A stretch of 43,967 bases of DNA, the filler included, from an uncultured virus (IMG/VR IMGVR_UViG_2061766007_001416) (taxonomy: Duplodnaviria; Heunggongvirae; Uroviricota; Caudoviricetes). It is 3 parts of one record of this genome, joined end to end, with 100 filler letters (N's around TTAATTAATTAA, not from the genome) between each part and the next. Parts side by side here need not be neighbours in the genome. Positions count along the whole stretch, not along the records: positions 19,232 to 42,874 come from IMGVR_UViG_2061766007_001416; 2 more parts are not named here. One strand, 5' to 3'. The notes under the pieces were generated by a model, which saw nothing but the letters and a program-made list of their open reading frames with translations, was not told the origin of the DNA and ran no database searches. Below, one piece after another: positions 30,999 through 41,625 of the stretch. The translations under genes were made by a program, and so were the position numbers. Positions within the stretch are counted from its first letter, which is position 1; the number at the start of each line of letters is the position of its first letter.

Positions 30999-31571
30999 AT
31001 GGGATTTAAAACTAATCATAAGGAAGCAGCACAGAGCGATTTTTCTATCAAACCCGAGGGCGATTACGAGGTTATCATCAAGGGCATTGAGGAGAAAACC
31101 ACAAGGAACAATAAGACAGGACTTAACATGAAGCTGCTCATTAGAAACGATGTTCCCGGTCAGAAGTTCGGCAACGGTTTTCTCTTCCATACCTTCTGGA
31201 AACGCAAAGAGCCGACCGAGCTTGATATGCAGGTAGAGGGCTACGGCTACGGACAAATCATGAACCTTAGCAAAGCGGCAAATCTCCCGGACGGCAAGGA
31301 TTACGAAAGCTTGTCGGAATACTGCAATGATCTGATAGATAAATGTATCAGAGTTACTTTGAAGCACAAAGAATACAACGGTAAGCCGCAGGAAAGAATT
31401 TCGTATATAAACGAAACGAAGTTCCCCGACTGCAAGCACGTTTACAAGGAATCAACGACAGCTAACAAAAACGGATTCGCAAGCAAACCGCAGGAGTTTA
31501 ACACTACCGCTCAACAGCAAACTTATTCACCTGTTGATATTTCATTAGATGATGAAGACTTACCGTTCTAA
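30999..31571 (+). CDS. DUF669-like putative SSB
   Basis: PEGDYEVII, IRNDV, DEDLPF tail. Confidence 0.75.
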   Translation: MGFKTNHKEAAQSDFSIKPEGDYEVIIKGIEEKTTRNNKTGLNMKLLIRNDVPGQKFGNGFLFHTFWKRKEPTELDMQVEGYGYGQIMNLSKAANLPDGKDYESLSEYCNDLIDKCIRVTLKHKEYNGKPQERISYINETKFPDCKHVYKESTTANKNGFASKPQEFNTTAQQQTYSPVDISLDDEDLPF

Positions 31572-31665
31572 TTGTGAATTTATTGTAAACAATTTTCGGG
31601 AATTTGCATATTTGTATGCAAATCTGAGGTTATTTTGAGGGACTTTATGAAAGGAGTTTTTTAAA

Positions 31666-34005
31666 ATGGGATTTATAAACAAATCAGAAAATAAATACAA
31701 TGCAATTCCCGAAGAAATGAAGAGACTGCCGAACTGGATTTGCTGGAAAGCCGAACAAAACGAAAAAGCTCACAGCGGTATAAACAAAATACCGATTAAT
31801 CCCCTAACCGGGGAAAAAGCAAGCTCGACCGCACCCGAAACGTGGACATACTTCGATACGGCACTTTCAGCTTCCGAAAACTTTAGAGATATATCAGGTC
31901 TTGGATTTGTATTTACTAACACACCGTATTTTGGTGTTGATCTTGATGATATGCCCGAAGACCTTGAAGATTATCAACACGGAGGGTCGGACAACAGGAT
32001 AGCGGAATTTGTACACGGACTTCAATCTTATGCGGAATATTCTCAAAGTGGCAAAGGGATACACATTATATGCCGTGGAACATTACCGCCGGGTAGACGA
32101 CATAAAAAACCTTATGAAATGTATGAAACCGGACGATTTTTTGTAATGAGCGGCAAATCATGCTCACAGTATACGGATATTACAGAGTGTACCGAAAGCA
32201 TAAAACCGCTTCATGCAAAATATCTCGGCGGTGGAAAAGAGCCTGTTCCAAGAGTTATTCGTACAATGAACTTTGCGTCTGCCAACGATATTGTAAAAGC
32301 TGCTGCAAACGCAAAAAACGGAGATAAATTCAAGAGGCTTTACAGCGGCAGTTACAGCACTTCGGAGTATGCTTCCCAAAGCGAAGCGGATATGGCTTTG
32401 TGTCAAATGCTTGCATTCTGGACAGGCTGCGATGCTGATAAAATGGACGCTATTTTCAGACAATCGGGTCTTATGCGTGAAAAGTGGGACAAAAGACATG
32501 GAGCGGCAACTTATGGAGCATTAACCATTCAAAAAGCGATTGCAGACTGCACAACTGTTTACAATCCAAAGAGATATGATTATTCAATAAGAAGCAGTGA
32601 AAAGCCGAATGGCATTTCAGCCGGCGAGCCTGTTTTTGATGACGAACAAGCAAATTTTCAGCCTAATTATACAATGGACGATATGGGCAATGCTCAGCGT
32701 TTTGTTGACCTTTTCGGCGACCAAATACGATATTGTTACACAGATAAAAAATGGCTTTGGTATGACAGCCGCAAATGGTGCCGCGATAACGAAGGCGTGT
32801 GTGGAAGAATGGCTGACAGAGCAATAGAAGCTATGAAAGCCGAAGCAAAATTTTACATTCAAGCAGACGAAGAAAACGGCGGCGATATGGCAAAAGCATT
32901 TGAAAAACATATGAAAAAAAGTCGTTTCTATAATTCAAGGATATCAATGCTCAATATGGTGCAGCATCATGTTCCCGTACTTCCGTTTCAGCTTGACAGG
33001 TACAAAATGGTGCTGAACACTCCGAGCGGAGTTTTGAACTTGAAAAGCGGCGAACTTAAAGAGCATAAACCCGAATACTATCTTACAAAGATTACTCCCG
33101 TAGAATTTTCGGAAAATGCCGAGTGTCCGAAATGGCTCGAATTTCTGAACGAGATTTTTGACGGTGACAAAGATTTAATTCGTTACATACAAAAGGCAGT
33201 CGGTTACACTTTGACAGGCTCAACGACCGAACAGTGTGCATTCTTTTTATATGGTACGGGAAAAAACGGAAAGTCTACGTTTCTTGACATAATTCGTGAT
33301 GTCTTCGGAGATTATGCGGCGAATATACAGCCTGAAACTATCATGGTTAAGAGCAATACGGGCGGCAATGCAAACAGCGACATAGCAAGATTAAAGGGAG
33401 CAAGGCTTGTAACATCGGTAGAACCAAACGAGGGCGTACGCATTAACGAGGGACTTTTGAAACAGCTTACGGGAGATGACCCTGTTACGGCACGAAAGCT
33501 TTACGGCGAAGAATTTGAATTTAAGCCCGAGTTTAAATTATGGATGGCGACAAACCATAAGCCTATTATCAGGGGAACGGATACGGGTATTTGGCGAAGA
33601 ATCCACATGATACCGTTTATAGTACAGATACCCGAAGAAAAGGTGGACAAGAATCTTAAACACAAGTTAAAAGCCGAAATGACAGGCATATTTAAGTGGT
33701 GCGTAGACGGTTGTTTGATGTGGCAGAGAGAGGGATTGAAAATGCCCAAGGCAGTGTTGGACAGCGTTAGAGAGTACAGACGGGAAATGGACGTAATATC
33801 AGCGTTTATCGAGGATAAATGTCAAATAGGCGGAAACGTTCAATCGAGCGTTCTGTATGCTGCTTATTCAAGCTGGGCAGAAGAAAACAACGAGTATCGT
33901 ATGAGTGCTACTAAGTTTGGTTTGGAAATGGCAAAAAGATTTGAAAAAATAAAAACAAGTAAAGGTCAAATTTTTTACAATGGAGTTTCTTTGATAAACG
34001 AATAA
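31666..34005 (+). CDS. Primase-helicase, P4/D5 family
   Basis: GVDLD, EYSQSGKGIH, SEADMAL, GTGKNGKST, GIWRR. Confidence 0.92.
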   Translation: MGFINKSENKYNAIPEEMKRLPNWICWKAEQNEKAHSGINKIPINPLTGEKASSTAPETWTYFDTALSASENFRDISGLGFVFTNTPYFGVDLDDMPEDLEDYQHGGSDNRIAEFVHGLQSYAEYSQSGKGIHIICRGTLPPGRRHKKPYEMYETGRFFVMSGKSCSQYTDITECTESIKPLHAKYLGGGKEPVPRVIRTMNFASANDIVKAAANAKNGDKFKRLYSGSYSTSEYASQSEADMALCQMLAFWTGCDADKMDAIFRQSGLMREKWDKRHGAATYGALTIQKAIADCTTVYNPKRYDYSIRSSEKPNGISAGEPVFDDEQANFQPNYTMDDMGNAQRFVDLFGDQIRYCYTDKKWLWYDSRKWCRDNEGVCGRMADRAIEAMKAEAKFYIQADEENGGDMAKAFEKHMKKSRFYNSRISMLNMVQHHVPVLPFQLDRYKMVLNTPSGVLNLKSGELKEHKPEYYLTKITPVEFSENAECPKWLEFLNEIFDGDKDLIRYIQKAVGYTLTGSTTEQCAFFLYGTGKNGKSTFLDIIRDVFGDYAANIQPETIMVKSNTGGNANSDIARLKGARLVTSVEPNEGVRINEGLLKQLTGDDPVTARKLYGEEFEFKPEFKLWMATNHKPIIRGTDTGIWRRIHMIPFIVQIPEEKVDKNLKHKLKAEMTGIFKWCVDGCLMWQREGLKMPKAVLDSVREYRREMDVISAFIEDKCQIGGNVQSSVLYAAYSSWAEENNEYRMSATKFGLEMAKRFEKIKTSKGQIFYNGVSLINE

Positions 34006-34122
34006 TTACGGAGGGTTACGGAGGGTTTGAGGGGTTTTCTAAATCTTTCGTATAGAAAAAAATAAATTTAAAAAATATATAAAGAGTTTTGGAAAAAGGG
34101 GTCAAACCCTCCAAACCCTCCG
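34006..34122. repeat. Putative replication origin
   Basis: TTACGGAGGG x2 and inverted AAACCCTCC x2 flanking an AT-rich core. Confidence 0.65.
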
Positions 34123-34133
34123 AAGAGGTGCTT

Positions 34134-34613
34134 ATGAAAAAAATAGATTTTACGGATAAAGACGTATTTGAAAAGCTTGAAGATGAAGCGATAGACGGAG
34201 TTCTTGATTATGATAACTTCCCACCCGAGGAGTATAAATATTTTTCAAGACTGTCAAAGCTGGGATATATGAACCGGCATAAAGGCTGGAGTGTAGGAAT
34301 ATGTCAAGCAAAGCAAGAAGAACTAAGGACACAGTACAGCAAAGAAAAATCAACGGCTAATCAGGCTTATGCTTGGTATGGCGAACTGCACGATAACCGC
34401 ATAAGAGGTCAGGAGCTTGAAACTGCAATGTACAAAGCACAAAGCGAGGCGGATATGCTTATGTACGCTGTCAAGCTTATTGAAAAGCTCCTCGGCGAAG
34501 GCGGCTTTGAAGAAAGAATGACGAAGAAAATAAAATTTTTTCGGCAGGCAAAAGGAGATGTAAAAAATGAGGAAGAAGCCGAGAAAGCGTTGGAGAATCT
34601 GAAGAATGGCTAA
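34134..34613 (+). CDS. Hypothetical protein
   Basis: ATG after GAGGTG RBS. Confidence 0.6.
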   Translation: MKKIDFTDKDVFEKLEDEAIDGVLDYDNFPPEEYKYFSRLSKLGYMNRHKGWSVGICQAKQEELRTQYSKEKSTANQAYAWYGELHDNRIRGQELETAMYKAQSEADMLMYAVKLIEKLLGEGGFEERMTKKIKFFRQAKGDVKNEEEAEKALENLKNG

Positions 34614-34890
34614 ACACACTATCGAAGAATCAGATAATGGACAATTAGATTTTATGTTGAACTTTTTAAAATTTGGCAATGGAAAATCAAACATTCCTGC
34701 TCTGAAAAAACACCTTGATATGCTTAGACAGATGATGATACAGAGAACAGGCGGTCAAGAACAGTACAGAAAATCACATCATATTCCGCTTGAGGATTTA
34801 GGCACGATTGCAAATTGTATCGTAATTGAAACAATGCAGTTGTATTTAAACGGATATTTAGACAAATTGGAGGAAAACGAAAATGAGTGA
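34606..34890 (+). CDS. Hypothetical protein
   Basis: ORF; 3' end recurs at 34949-35030. Confidence 0.6.
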   Translation: MAKHTIEESDNGQLDFMLNFLKFGNGKSNIPALKKHLDMLRQMMIQRTGGQEQYRKSHHIPLEDLGTIANCIVIETMQLYLNGYLDKLEENENE

Positions 34891-35022
34891 TGATTTTATT
34901 AACAGACAGGAAGTAATACAAGCAATCAGGAGTGAACGNNNNNNNNNNCGCAAATTGTATCGTGTTTGAAGCAATGCAGTTGTATTTAAGCGGAGATTTG
35001 GATAAATTGGAGGACAACGAAA

Positions 35023-35415
35023 ATGAGTGAAAGAGAGATTTTGTTTAGAGGTAAGCGTGTTGATAACGGTGAGTGGGCTTACGGCGATTTACTGCATTGT
35101 GATGACGAAACAGAAATTTACAGCGAATCAGTAGGCAAAAATGGCGGATATGTTGTTCCCGAAACAGTCGGCGAATACACAGGATTAACCGACAAGAACG
35201 GCACGAGGGTTTTTGAGGGGGATATTATAGACGTTGCATACAATCCCAATTACGGGGGCGTAGCAAAAGAGAGAATAGGCACTTTTAAGGTTGGATTTGA
35301 AGACGGTCGTTATGTGTATGAAGATGGTGAAGGCTATTTTCTGTTTACCGAAAGCGATGAAATTATTGTGATAGGCAACATTCACGACAACCCCGAATTG
35401 CTGAAAGAGATTTAA
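35023..35415 (+). CDS. YopX-family protein
   Basis: REILFRGKR, GEYTGLTDKNG..FEGDI, IGNIHDNPELL. Confidence 0.9.
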   Translation: MSEREILFRGKRVDNGEWAYGDLLHCDDETEIYSESVGKNGGYVVPETVGEYTGLTDKNGTRVFEGDIIDVAYNPNYGGVAKERIGTFKVGFEDGRYVYEDGEGYFLFTESDEIIVIGNIHDNPELLKEI

Positions 35416-35508
35416 GAGGGTGAGAAAATGACGATTGAAGAAGCAGTTAACGTTTTAAAGTGCATTGTGATTGACACAGAAGACCTGAGCGCCGGAGNNN
35501 NNNNNNNT

Positions 35509-35987
35509 ATGAACAATTCAGAAGACGAACCAACTGAAATAGACTGCCCAAAGTGTAAAAACAAAGGTGTGATTTATTTCAGTGACGGTATTTACGAAAT
35601 GTGCAGAGATTGCGAGTGCATGGTGGCAAGAAGAAGCCTAAAGCGTATTGAGAGAAGCGGACTTAAAGAAGCTTTGGGAAAATGTACTTTTGAGAATTTT
35701 AAATCAGACGATGAATTCCAAAAAGAAATGAAAACAAAAGCTTGGAATTTTACAAAGGATTTTNNNNNNNNNNCGCTTTTGAAATTTTGAATTACAGATA
35801 TCAAAACCCTGATTTAATCACTATTATTTCCTCAGAAAAGCGAATGACTGAATTGATAGATATTGATGAAGCTGTTGCAAGCAGGATAGCGGAAAAATCA
35901 GCAGGGTATTGTATCAACGTTTATAAGGACATCAAAAAGAACTACAGATTGAGGAATATGTTTAAAACGCTCTCAGAGCCGTTTTAA
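35509..35987 (+). CDS. Second DnaC-like loader, fragments
   Basis: CPKC..CEC..SGL..TFENF; FEILNYRY..TIISSE..SRI.E. Confidence 0.7.
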
Positions 35988-36074
35988 GCGTTTTTAATTC
36001 TAGGGGGGTATAATTTATCAAATGAGCGTTTAAAACGGCACAGAGAGCCACAGAGAAAGCGTGAGAGGCGTTTT

Positions 36075-36638
36075 ATGTTTAAAGTAGGAGATAAGTTTAT
36101 CGTTGAGGTAGACGGAGTTAATACTCCGCCCGAAAACAGCGGTGCTGTAAACCTTTATCGAATTAAGGATTTAAATTACTGTTTATGGGCAGAGAATTCT
36201 CTTGTCCTTCCGGAAAAACAGTTGGAAAAGCTTGCAAAGGTTAATGATTTGAAAGACGAGGTCAAGGAAGCCTACGAAAAAGGCTTGAATGATGCGTGGG
36301 AAGCAGCGAGGGAAATTTGTGCAGGAAGATTTGCAGGAAAAATTGACACAGGACACATACTTAATTTTACCGCTACGGAAGCTCTTGATAAAATCAAGGC
36401 TTATGAAGAAGAGCAATCCGAAATCAGGGTCGGCGATGAAGTTGAAATTAACGATTCCGAGGTAATAGTAACTTATGTTCGTGGCAGTAAGATGTATGTT
36501 TTGTACGGCGATGGCTCAACAGAAGAAATTACAGTAAATCGTACGGAAATCAGAAAAACAGGAAGACATTTTGGCGAGATTGAGAGTCTTCTTAAAATTT
36601 TGAAAGGCGGTGATGATTCTGACGAAATACCATTCTAA
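36075..36638 (+). CDS. Hypothetical phage protein
   Basis: AYEKGLNDAWEAAR, IRVGDEV, KTGRHF. Confidence 0.65.
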   Translation: MFKVGDKFIVEVDGVNTPPENSGAVNLYRIKDLNYCLWAENSLVLPEKQLEKLAKVNDLKDEVKEAYEKGLNDAWEAAREICAGRFAGKIDTGHILNFTATEALDKIKAYEEEQSEIRVGDEVEINDSEVIVTYVRGSKMYVLYGDGSTEEITVNRTEIRKTGRHFGEIESLLKILKGGDDSDEIPF

Positions 36639-36716
36639 CAAGACGAAATGTTCGGCAGGACATCTGCACGACAGCAAAAAAGAAGCGGCAAGATGTAACG
36701 AATTAACTTTGCTTCA
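36613..36716 (+). CDS. DUF1064-like protein, N-terminal fragment
   Basis: Hand translation MILTKYHSNKTKCSAGHLHDSKKEAARCNELTLL. Confidence 0.55.
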
Positions 36717-36895
36717 NNNNNNNNNNCAAGCGAGAACGCAGCAATAAAAGCTTGGAACATTCGATACTGCAGAAACACCTCTCAAATCAACGAGAATGCC
36801 GCACAAGCGAAAAAAATACAAGAGTTTGATAAATTGCACTCTGAAACAAAAGAACGAATTTCAAGCGATTTTCAGCAGTTTAGAGAGGTAAGAAA

Positions 36896-37276
36896 ATGAG
36901 CAGAATAGTTCGTTGTGAGGTGTGCGGCGTAAAATTTATTGCAAGAAGTTCAACTCGTAAGTTTTGTGATGATTGTCGTCAAGTTAACCTAATGAAAGGA
37001 TATAAACAGAATTGTAAAGTGTGCGGAAAGCCAATTAGCAGCAAAAATGCTAATTACATTTGTATGAACTGTCGAGAAGCAGAAAAAGAAAAGCAGGCTA
37101 AAAGTCCGAGTGCAGTCGAAAAGGAAATTGCCAAAAGGTATCACATAAGTTTAGCACGTTTTAAAAGTCTTGATAAGCTTGGTTTGTTTGTGCTGGAAAA
37201 CGAGGAGTACAACCGTACTCATGACACAGCGTTTAGTTACGGTTATTACAGAGCAATAAGGGACGGCTATCTTTAA
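36896..37276 (+). CDS. Multi-CxxC zinc-finger protein (allele at 39224-39586)
   Basis: Four CxxC pairs; shared ENEEYNRTHD..SYGYY end. Confidence 0.7.
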   Translation: MSRIVRCEVCGVKFIARSSTRKFCDDCRQVNLMKGYKQNCKVCGKPISSKNANYICMNCREAEKEKQAKSPSAVEKEIAKRYHISLARFKSLDKLGLFVLENEEYNRTHDTAFSYGYYRAIRDGYL

Positions 37277-37455
37277 ACCTCTCTAAAATCAATGAGAATG
37301 CCGTGAATTTGGGCGGAAACACCTAAGGGTATATAACTTTACCTTTCGATACGAAAACGTCATACAGGCGAATATAGAGTGATTTATGAAAGAGATGATA
37401 AAGTGACAGCGGACGATTACACGGAATGGGCGAATGAGTATCGCCNNNNNNNNNN

Positions 37456-37789
37456 CGAAAGAAAATCATTACATCCTTGCATTTTTGTTTATCTTCCGGA
37501 AACGCAGAGCTTTGAGTGTTTTGATATCGGCATTGATACTCTCGGCGAATACACAGGCTTAACCGACAAGAACGGCACGAGGATTTTTGAGGGGGATATT
37601 GTTAAGCAAGAGTTCTCAAAGTTTAGACAAAGTACAAACGGAATTTGTGAGTTTCACGATGGTTCGTTTGGGCTGAAAATTAAAGATTTGGGAATTGAGA
37701 AGTTTTTGCCTTTTGCGTGTATCTGCAATGTGACTTATAAAGTCATCGGCAATATTTACGACAACCCCGAATTGCTGAAAGGAGAATAA
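37456..37789 (+). CDS. YopX-family protein, partial
   Basis: GEYTGLTDKNG, IGNIYDNPELL. Confidence 0.85.
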
Positions 37790-37830
37790 AAAGTGCAAGA
37801 AACAAACTACAGTTACCGGAGGAATGATAT

Positions 37831-38184
37831 ATGGCAGAAATACAGATAATCTACCGCAAGGGGTATTGTAAAATGAGGGGCAGTGATTTTTGCACACAAT
37901 GTTACACTGCGTGTGCAAGTGATTTAGGATGTAACATGTTCAATGAGGGCAAACAAGAAAAGAATGTTATACCTTTTGGAGATTGTATTTATGCTGAATT
38001 CAAATATATCTACAAAGGGATGAACGTCAAAAATTACGAATTAGAAGAATTTCAAGATCCATATAACCCTCACCTTAATTGCATGATGTTAGAAACAAGA
38101 AATAAAAGCTATGAATGTGAAAAGGTTATTATTGACGGGAAATGTATCTACAATGAATATGATGAGCATACAAGCGACTCTTGA
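37831..38184 (+). CDS. Hypothetical Cys-rich protein
   Basis: GGAGG RBS, 117 aa. Confidence 0.6.
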   Translation: MAEIQIIYRKGYCKMRGSDFCTQCYTACASDLGCNMFNEGKQEKNVIPFGDCIYAEFKYIYKGMNVKNYELEEFQDPYNPHLNCMMLETRNKSYECEKVIIDGKCIYNEYDEHTSDS

Positions 38185-38326
38185 GGTTGTAAGGCTTAAG
38201 ATGCAGTATGCAATGATTAAAGGAGATTGAGAAAATGACGATTGAAGAAGCGAAAGAACAACTGTGGGANNNNNNNNNNTGGCAACATTCACGACAACCC
38301 CGAACTGCTGGAAGGGGAGTGAGAAA

Positions 38327-38575
38327 ATGGCGAAGCCGAAGAAAAAATACAATGTTTATGCAACTCCGTATCTTGAAGCAGAAGAATTGGAGAATTGCGT
38401 GCAGTATCCACGTGAATTTATGGGCGAAACTTGGGCAGTCTCGGAAGCACAGGCAATTAACAACGTTAGATACAGAACAGTAGGGAACACAAGCCAATAT
38501 TTACCGTATATAACGTCAGGGCACTGGGAAAAGGGAATAGAGTGGGAAGCTGAGTTGGACGAACAAGGAGAGTGA
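38327..38575 (+). CDS. Hypothetical protein
   Basis: MAKPKKKY...GETWAVSEAQAINNVRYR. Confidence 0.6.
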   Translation: MAKPKKKYNVYATPYLEAEELENCVQYPREFMGETWAVSEAQAINNVRYRTVGNTSQYLPYITSGHWEKGIEWEAELDEQGE

Positions 38576-38704
38576 TATAATGTATATGCCAGTTTATTGT
38601 TTTTGGGGTATGACAGATGTTTCAAACGCTCCGCCATTTACTGAATATGTCAACTGGATTTTGTCAAGAAAACATTATGGAAAGAGAGTTAAGAGGGTGA
38701 TAAA

Positions 38705-38964
38705 ATGACGATTGAAGAAGCGAAAGAACAACTGTGGGAACTTATCCATGACAGGGAAAGTTTTATAGTCGGCGACAACGATGAAGAAATTTACCGCAAA
38801 GATATTGAAGCACTCAAAAAGGCTCTGGAGCTTTTTGAAAAGCAGATACCGAAGAAGCCGAAAAAGGGAGTCTGCCCTAATTGCAGCAGCCGCCATGTTT
38901 ACGCAGCAACGCTGATGACAGCAGAAACTTTTGAATACTGCGGCGATTGCGGTCAAGCGTTAGA
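38705..38964 (+). CDS. Zn-ribbon phage protein, partial
   Basis: KQIPKKP..CPNC..YCGDCGQAL. Confidence 0.65.
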
Positions 38965-39223
38965 NNNNNNNNNNCTTTTGTGGGAAGATACCAAACTTAT
39001 ACGGACAGGAAGTCCGAGATTATGTAAACGGTGAATGGACTGAGATGTCACGAAAAGAATATTGGGTGCAAACGCAATGCAGTATAACTTGCTTGATGGG
39101 GATTGCGAGGGCAAAAGCATATGGTGTGATAGGTGGGACTCGGTATATAAGCGAGAACGCAGCAATAAAAGCTTGGAACACTCGATACAGCAGAAACANN
39201 NNNNNNNNTGACGAGGAGAGAAA

Positions 39224-39586
39224 ATGAGCAGAATAGTTCATTGTGAGGTGTGCGGTAATGAATTTACTGCTAGAGCGCACGCCACAAGGCAAAAGTATTG
39301 CAATGATTGCCGCCCTTTGATTTACGGAGAACGTCAGCCTTGCATTAAATGCGGCAAAATGGTAAACAAAACTAATTTAACTGGAATATGCTGCAAATGC
39401 AGAGCTGAAATGCGGAATAAAAGACAGTCTAAAGCTTCAATCTCAGCCGAAAAGGAAATTGCGAAAAGCCTTGATAATCTTGATTTGGTCGTGCTGGAAA
39501 ATGAAGAGTATAATCGTACTCATGACCAAGCGCTTAGTTACGGTTATTACATCGCAATGATGGAGGGTTATTTTAAACCCCTCTAA
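39224..39586 (+). CDS. Multi-CxxC zinc-finger protein
   Basis: Homologous to 36896-37276. Confidence 0.7.
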   Translation: MSRIVHCEVCGNEFTARAHATRQKYCNDCRPLIYGERQPCIKCGKMVNKTNLTGICCKCRAEMRNKRQSKASISAEKEIAKSLDNLDLVVLENEEYNRTHDQALSYGYYIAMMEGYFKPL

Positions 39587-40513
39587 TTTCAACGGAAATG
39601 GCTTTAAATTGCACGGAAACACAATCGGGTATAAAACTATACCTTTCAAAGCAAAATCGTCATACAAGCGAAAATCAGGCGATTTATGAAAGAGGTGATA
39701 AAGTGACAGCGGACGATTACATGGAATGGGCGAATGAGTATCGCCAAGAATTAGACACAGTTGAACATCGTATTCGTAAAGCAGAAGCGAGAAGCGGGAA
39801 AAAGCTTGGGAACATTGAACGCACAAATCTTGAAAAATTGCNNNNNNNNNNATACAACCGTACTCATGACCAACCGCTTAGTTACGGTTATTACAGGGCA
39901 ATGAGGGACGGTTATATTTAAACCCCTCTAACTTCAACGGAAATGGCTTTAAATTGCACGGAAACACAATCGGGTATAAAACNNNNNNNNNNGCGGAAAC
40001 ACAATCGGGTTTAAAACTATACCTTTCAAAGCAAAATCGTCATACAAGTGAAAATCAGGCGATTTATGAAAGAGGTGATAAAGTGACAGCGGACGATTAC
40101 ATAGAATGGGCGAATGAGTATCGCCAAGAATTAGACACAGTTGAACGTCGTATTCGTAAAGCAGAAGCGAAAAGCGGGAAAAAGCTTGGGAACATTGAAC
40201 GCACAAATCTTGAAAAATTGCNNNNNNNNNNAAGGCAAAAGTATTGCGACGATTGCCGCCCTTTGATTTACGGAGAACGTCAGCCTTGCATTAAATGCGG
40301 NNNNNNNNNNNNNTTATAAAAACAAAAAAGAAACTTAGAAACAGCCTCGGGAATATGGAACGGCAAAATCTTGAAGAAAAGCTATCGATGTTTTATTCTC
40401 AAAAGATCGAGTGTTTAAGCATTGCCAAAGAACTTGAAGAAAAAGCAAGAGCGATCAGGGAGAAAGAGGGGTTGTAGATTGACTGCAAAGCAATATTTGT
40501 GGGNNNNNNNNNN

Positions 40514-40923
40514 AATGCACAAGTAGACTATGAAGAGTTAGAGAAAGCAATATTGTGGTATGCAAAATCTCCTGTTTTGAGTTCAAAGCATATCTATATG
40601 CATGGGGACTATCCAGCGGTAAGTATACACAAGGAGAAAATACATATCCACAGGCTTTTGATGATGTATTGGCTTAATGCTTGTTTGCCGACAGAATATT
40701 CTGTACATCATATTGACAAGGATAAGCTTAATGCTACAAAAGGGAATTTGTCTGTTGTATTCAATCCGACACATCAAAGTATTCATAACAAAGGTAAAAC
40801 AATATCGGAAGAACAGCGGCAAAGAATTATAGAATATAATCATTCTCGTAAAGGTGAACACAGAAATTACAAAAGAGAGATTTCGGCTAAAGAGGTTTAT
40901 GATTTGAAAACTAAAGGATATAG
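40514..40923 (+). CDS. HNH endonuclease with NUMOD3-like motif (probable 3' end at 41161-41263)
   Basis: IHRLL..VHHIDKDKLNA..NL..H..H; KGKTISEEQRQRI. Confidence 0.8.
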
Positions 40924-40933
40924 NNNNNNNNNN

Positions 40934-41150
40934 AGAGAGATTTTGTTTAGAGGTAAGCGTGTTGGCGATGGAGAGTGGGCTTATGGCGATTTACTTCATT
41001 GTGATGACGAAGCGGGAATTTATAGCGAATCAGTAGGCAAAAATGGTGGATATGTTATCCCCGACACCGTTGGGCAGTACACAGGCTTGACCGACAAGAG
41101 CGGCACGAGGATTTTTGAGGGGGATATAGTAAAAATTACTGGTTTTCACA
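40934..41150 (+). CDS. YopX allele fragment
   Basis: Near-identical to 35033-35225. Confidence 0.8.
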
Positions 41151-41268
41151 NNNNNNNNNNTTTTAATCAAATCTCTAAAACGTTAAATCTTGATTGGGGT
41201 TGTGTGAAACGCCGCTATGATGATTTTATTCACGACAACCCCGAACTGTTGGAAGGAGATTGATAGCA

Positions 41269-41625
41269 ATGGACAATTCAAGATTAAGGCGAGAACAAGA
41301 TATTTTGGAAAGGCTTGAAAATGTTAAGCGACTTATTCAGATGGAAACTACCATTATGACGGCAAACGGAGCAGAGCAGTATGCGAACTATTGCATAGTA
41401 GACCGTAACGGTCAAAAAATCGGCGGTTGCAGTAATAATCTGCTGAACGATTTGAGAGAAAAAATACAACTGCAATTGCTGTCAATTACGGCACTATGCT
41501 ACGGCAATAACCCTGATTTGGGTGAACCTGATGTTATGCTTGAATGGAAACAATCGAACACAAATGAACATTCAGAGGACAAATTCCGTGATATGTGGGA
41601 CGAATGTTTGGGTTGGGTTTGCTGA
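41269..41625 (+). CDS. Hypothetical protein
   Basis: ORF after AAGGAG RBS. Confidence 0.6.
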   Translation: MDNSRLRREQDILERLENVKRLIQMETTIMTANGAEQYANYCIVDRNGQKIGGCSNNLLNDLREKIQLQLLSITALCYGNNPDLGEPDVMLEWKQSNTNEHSEDKFRDMWDECLGWVC

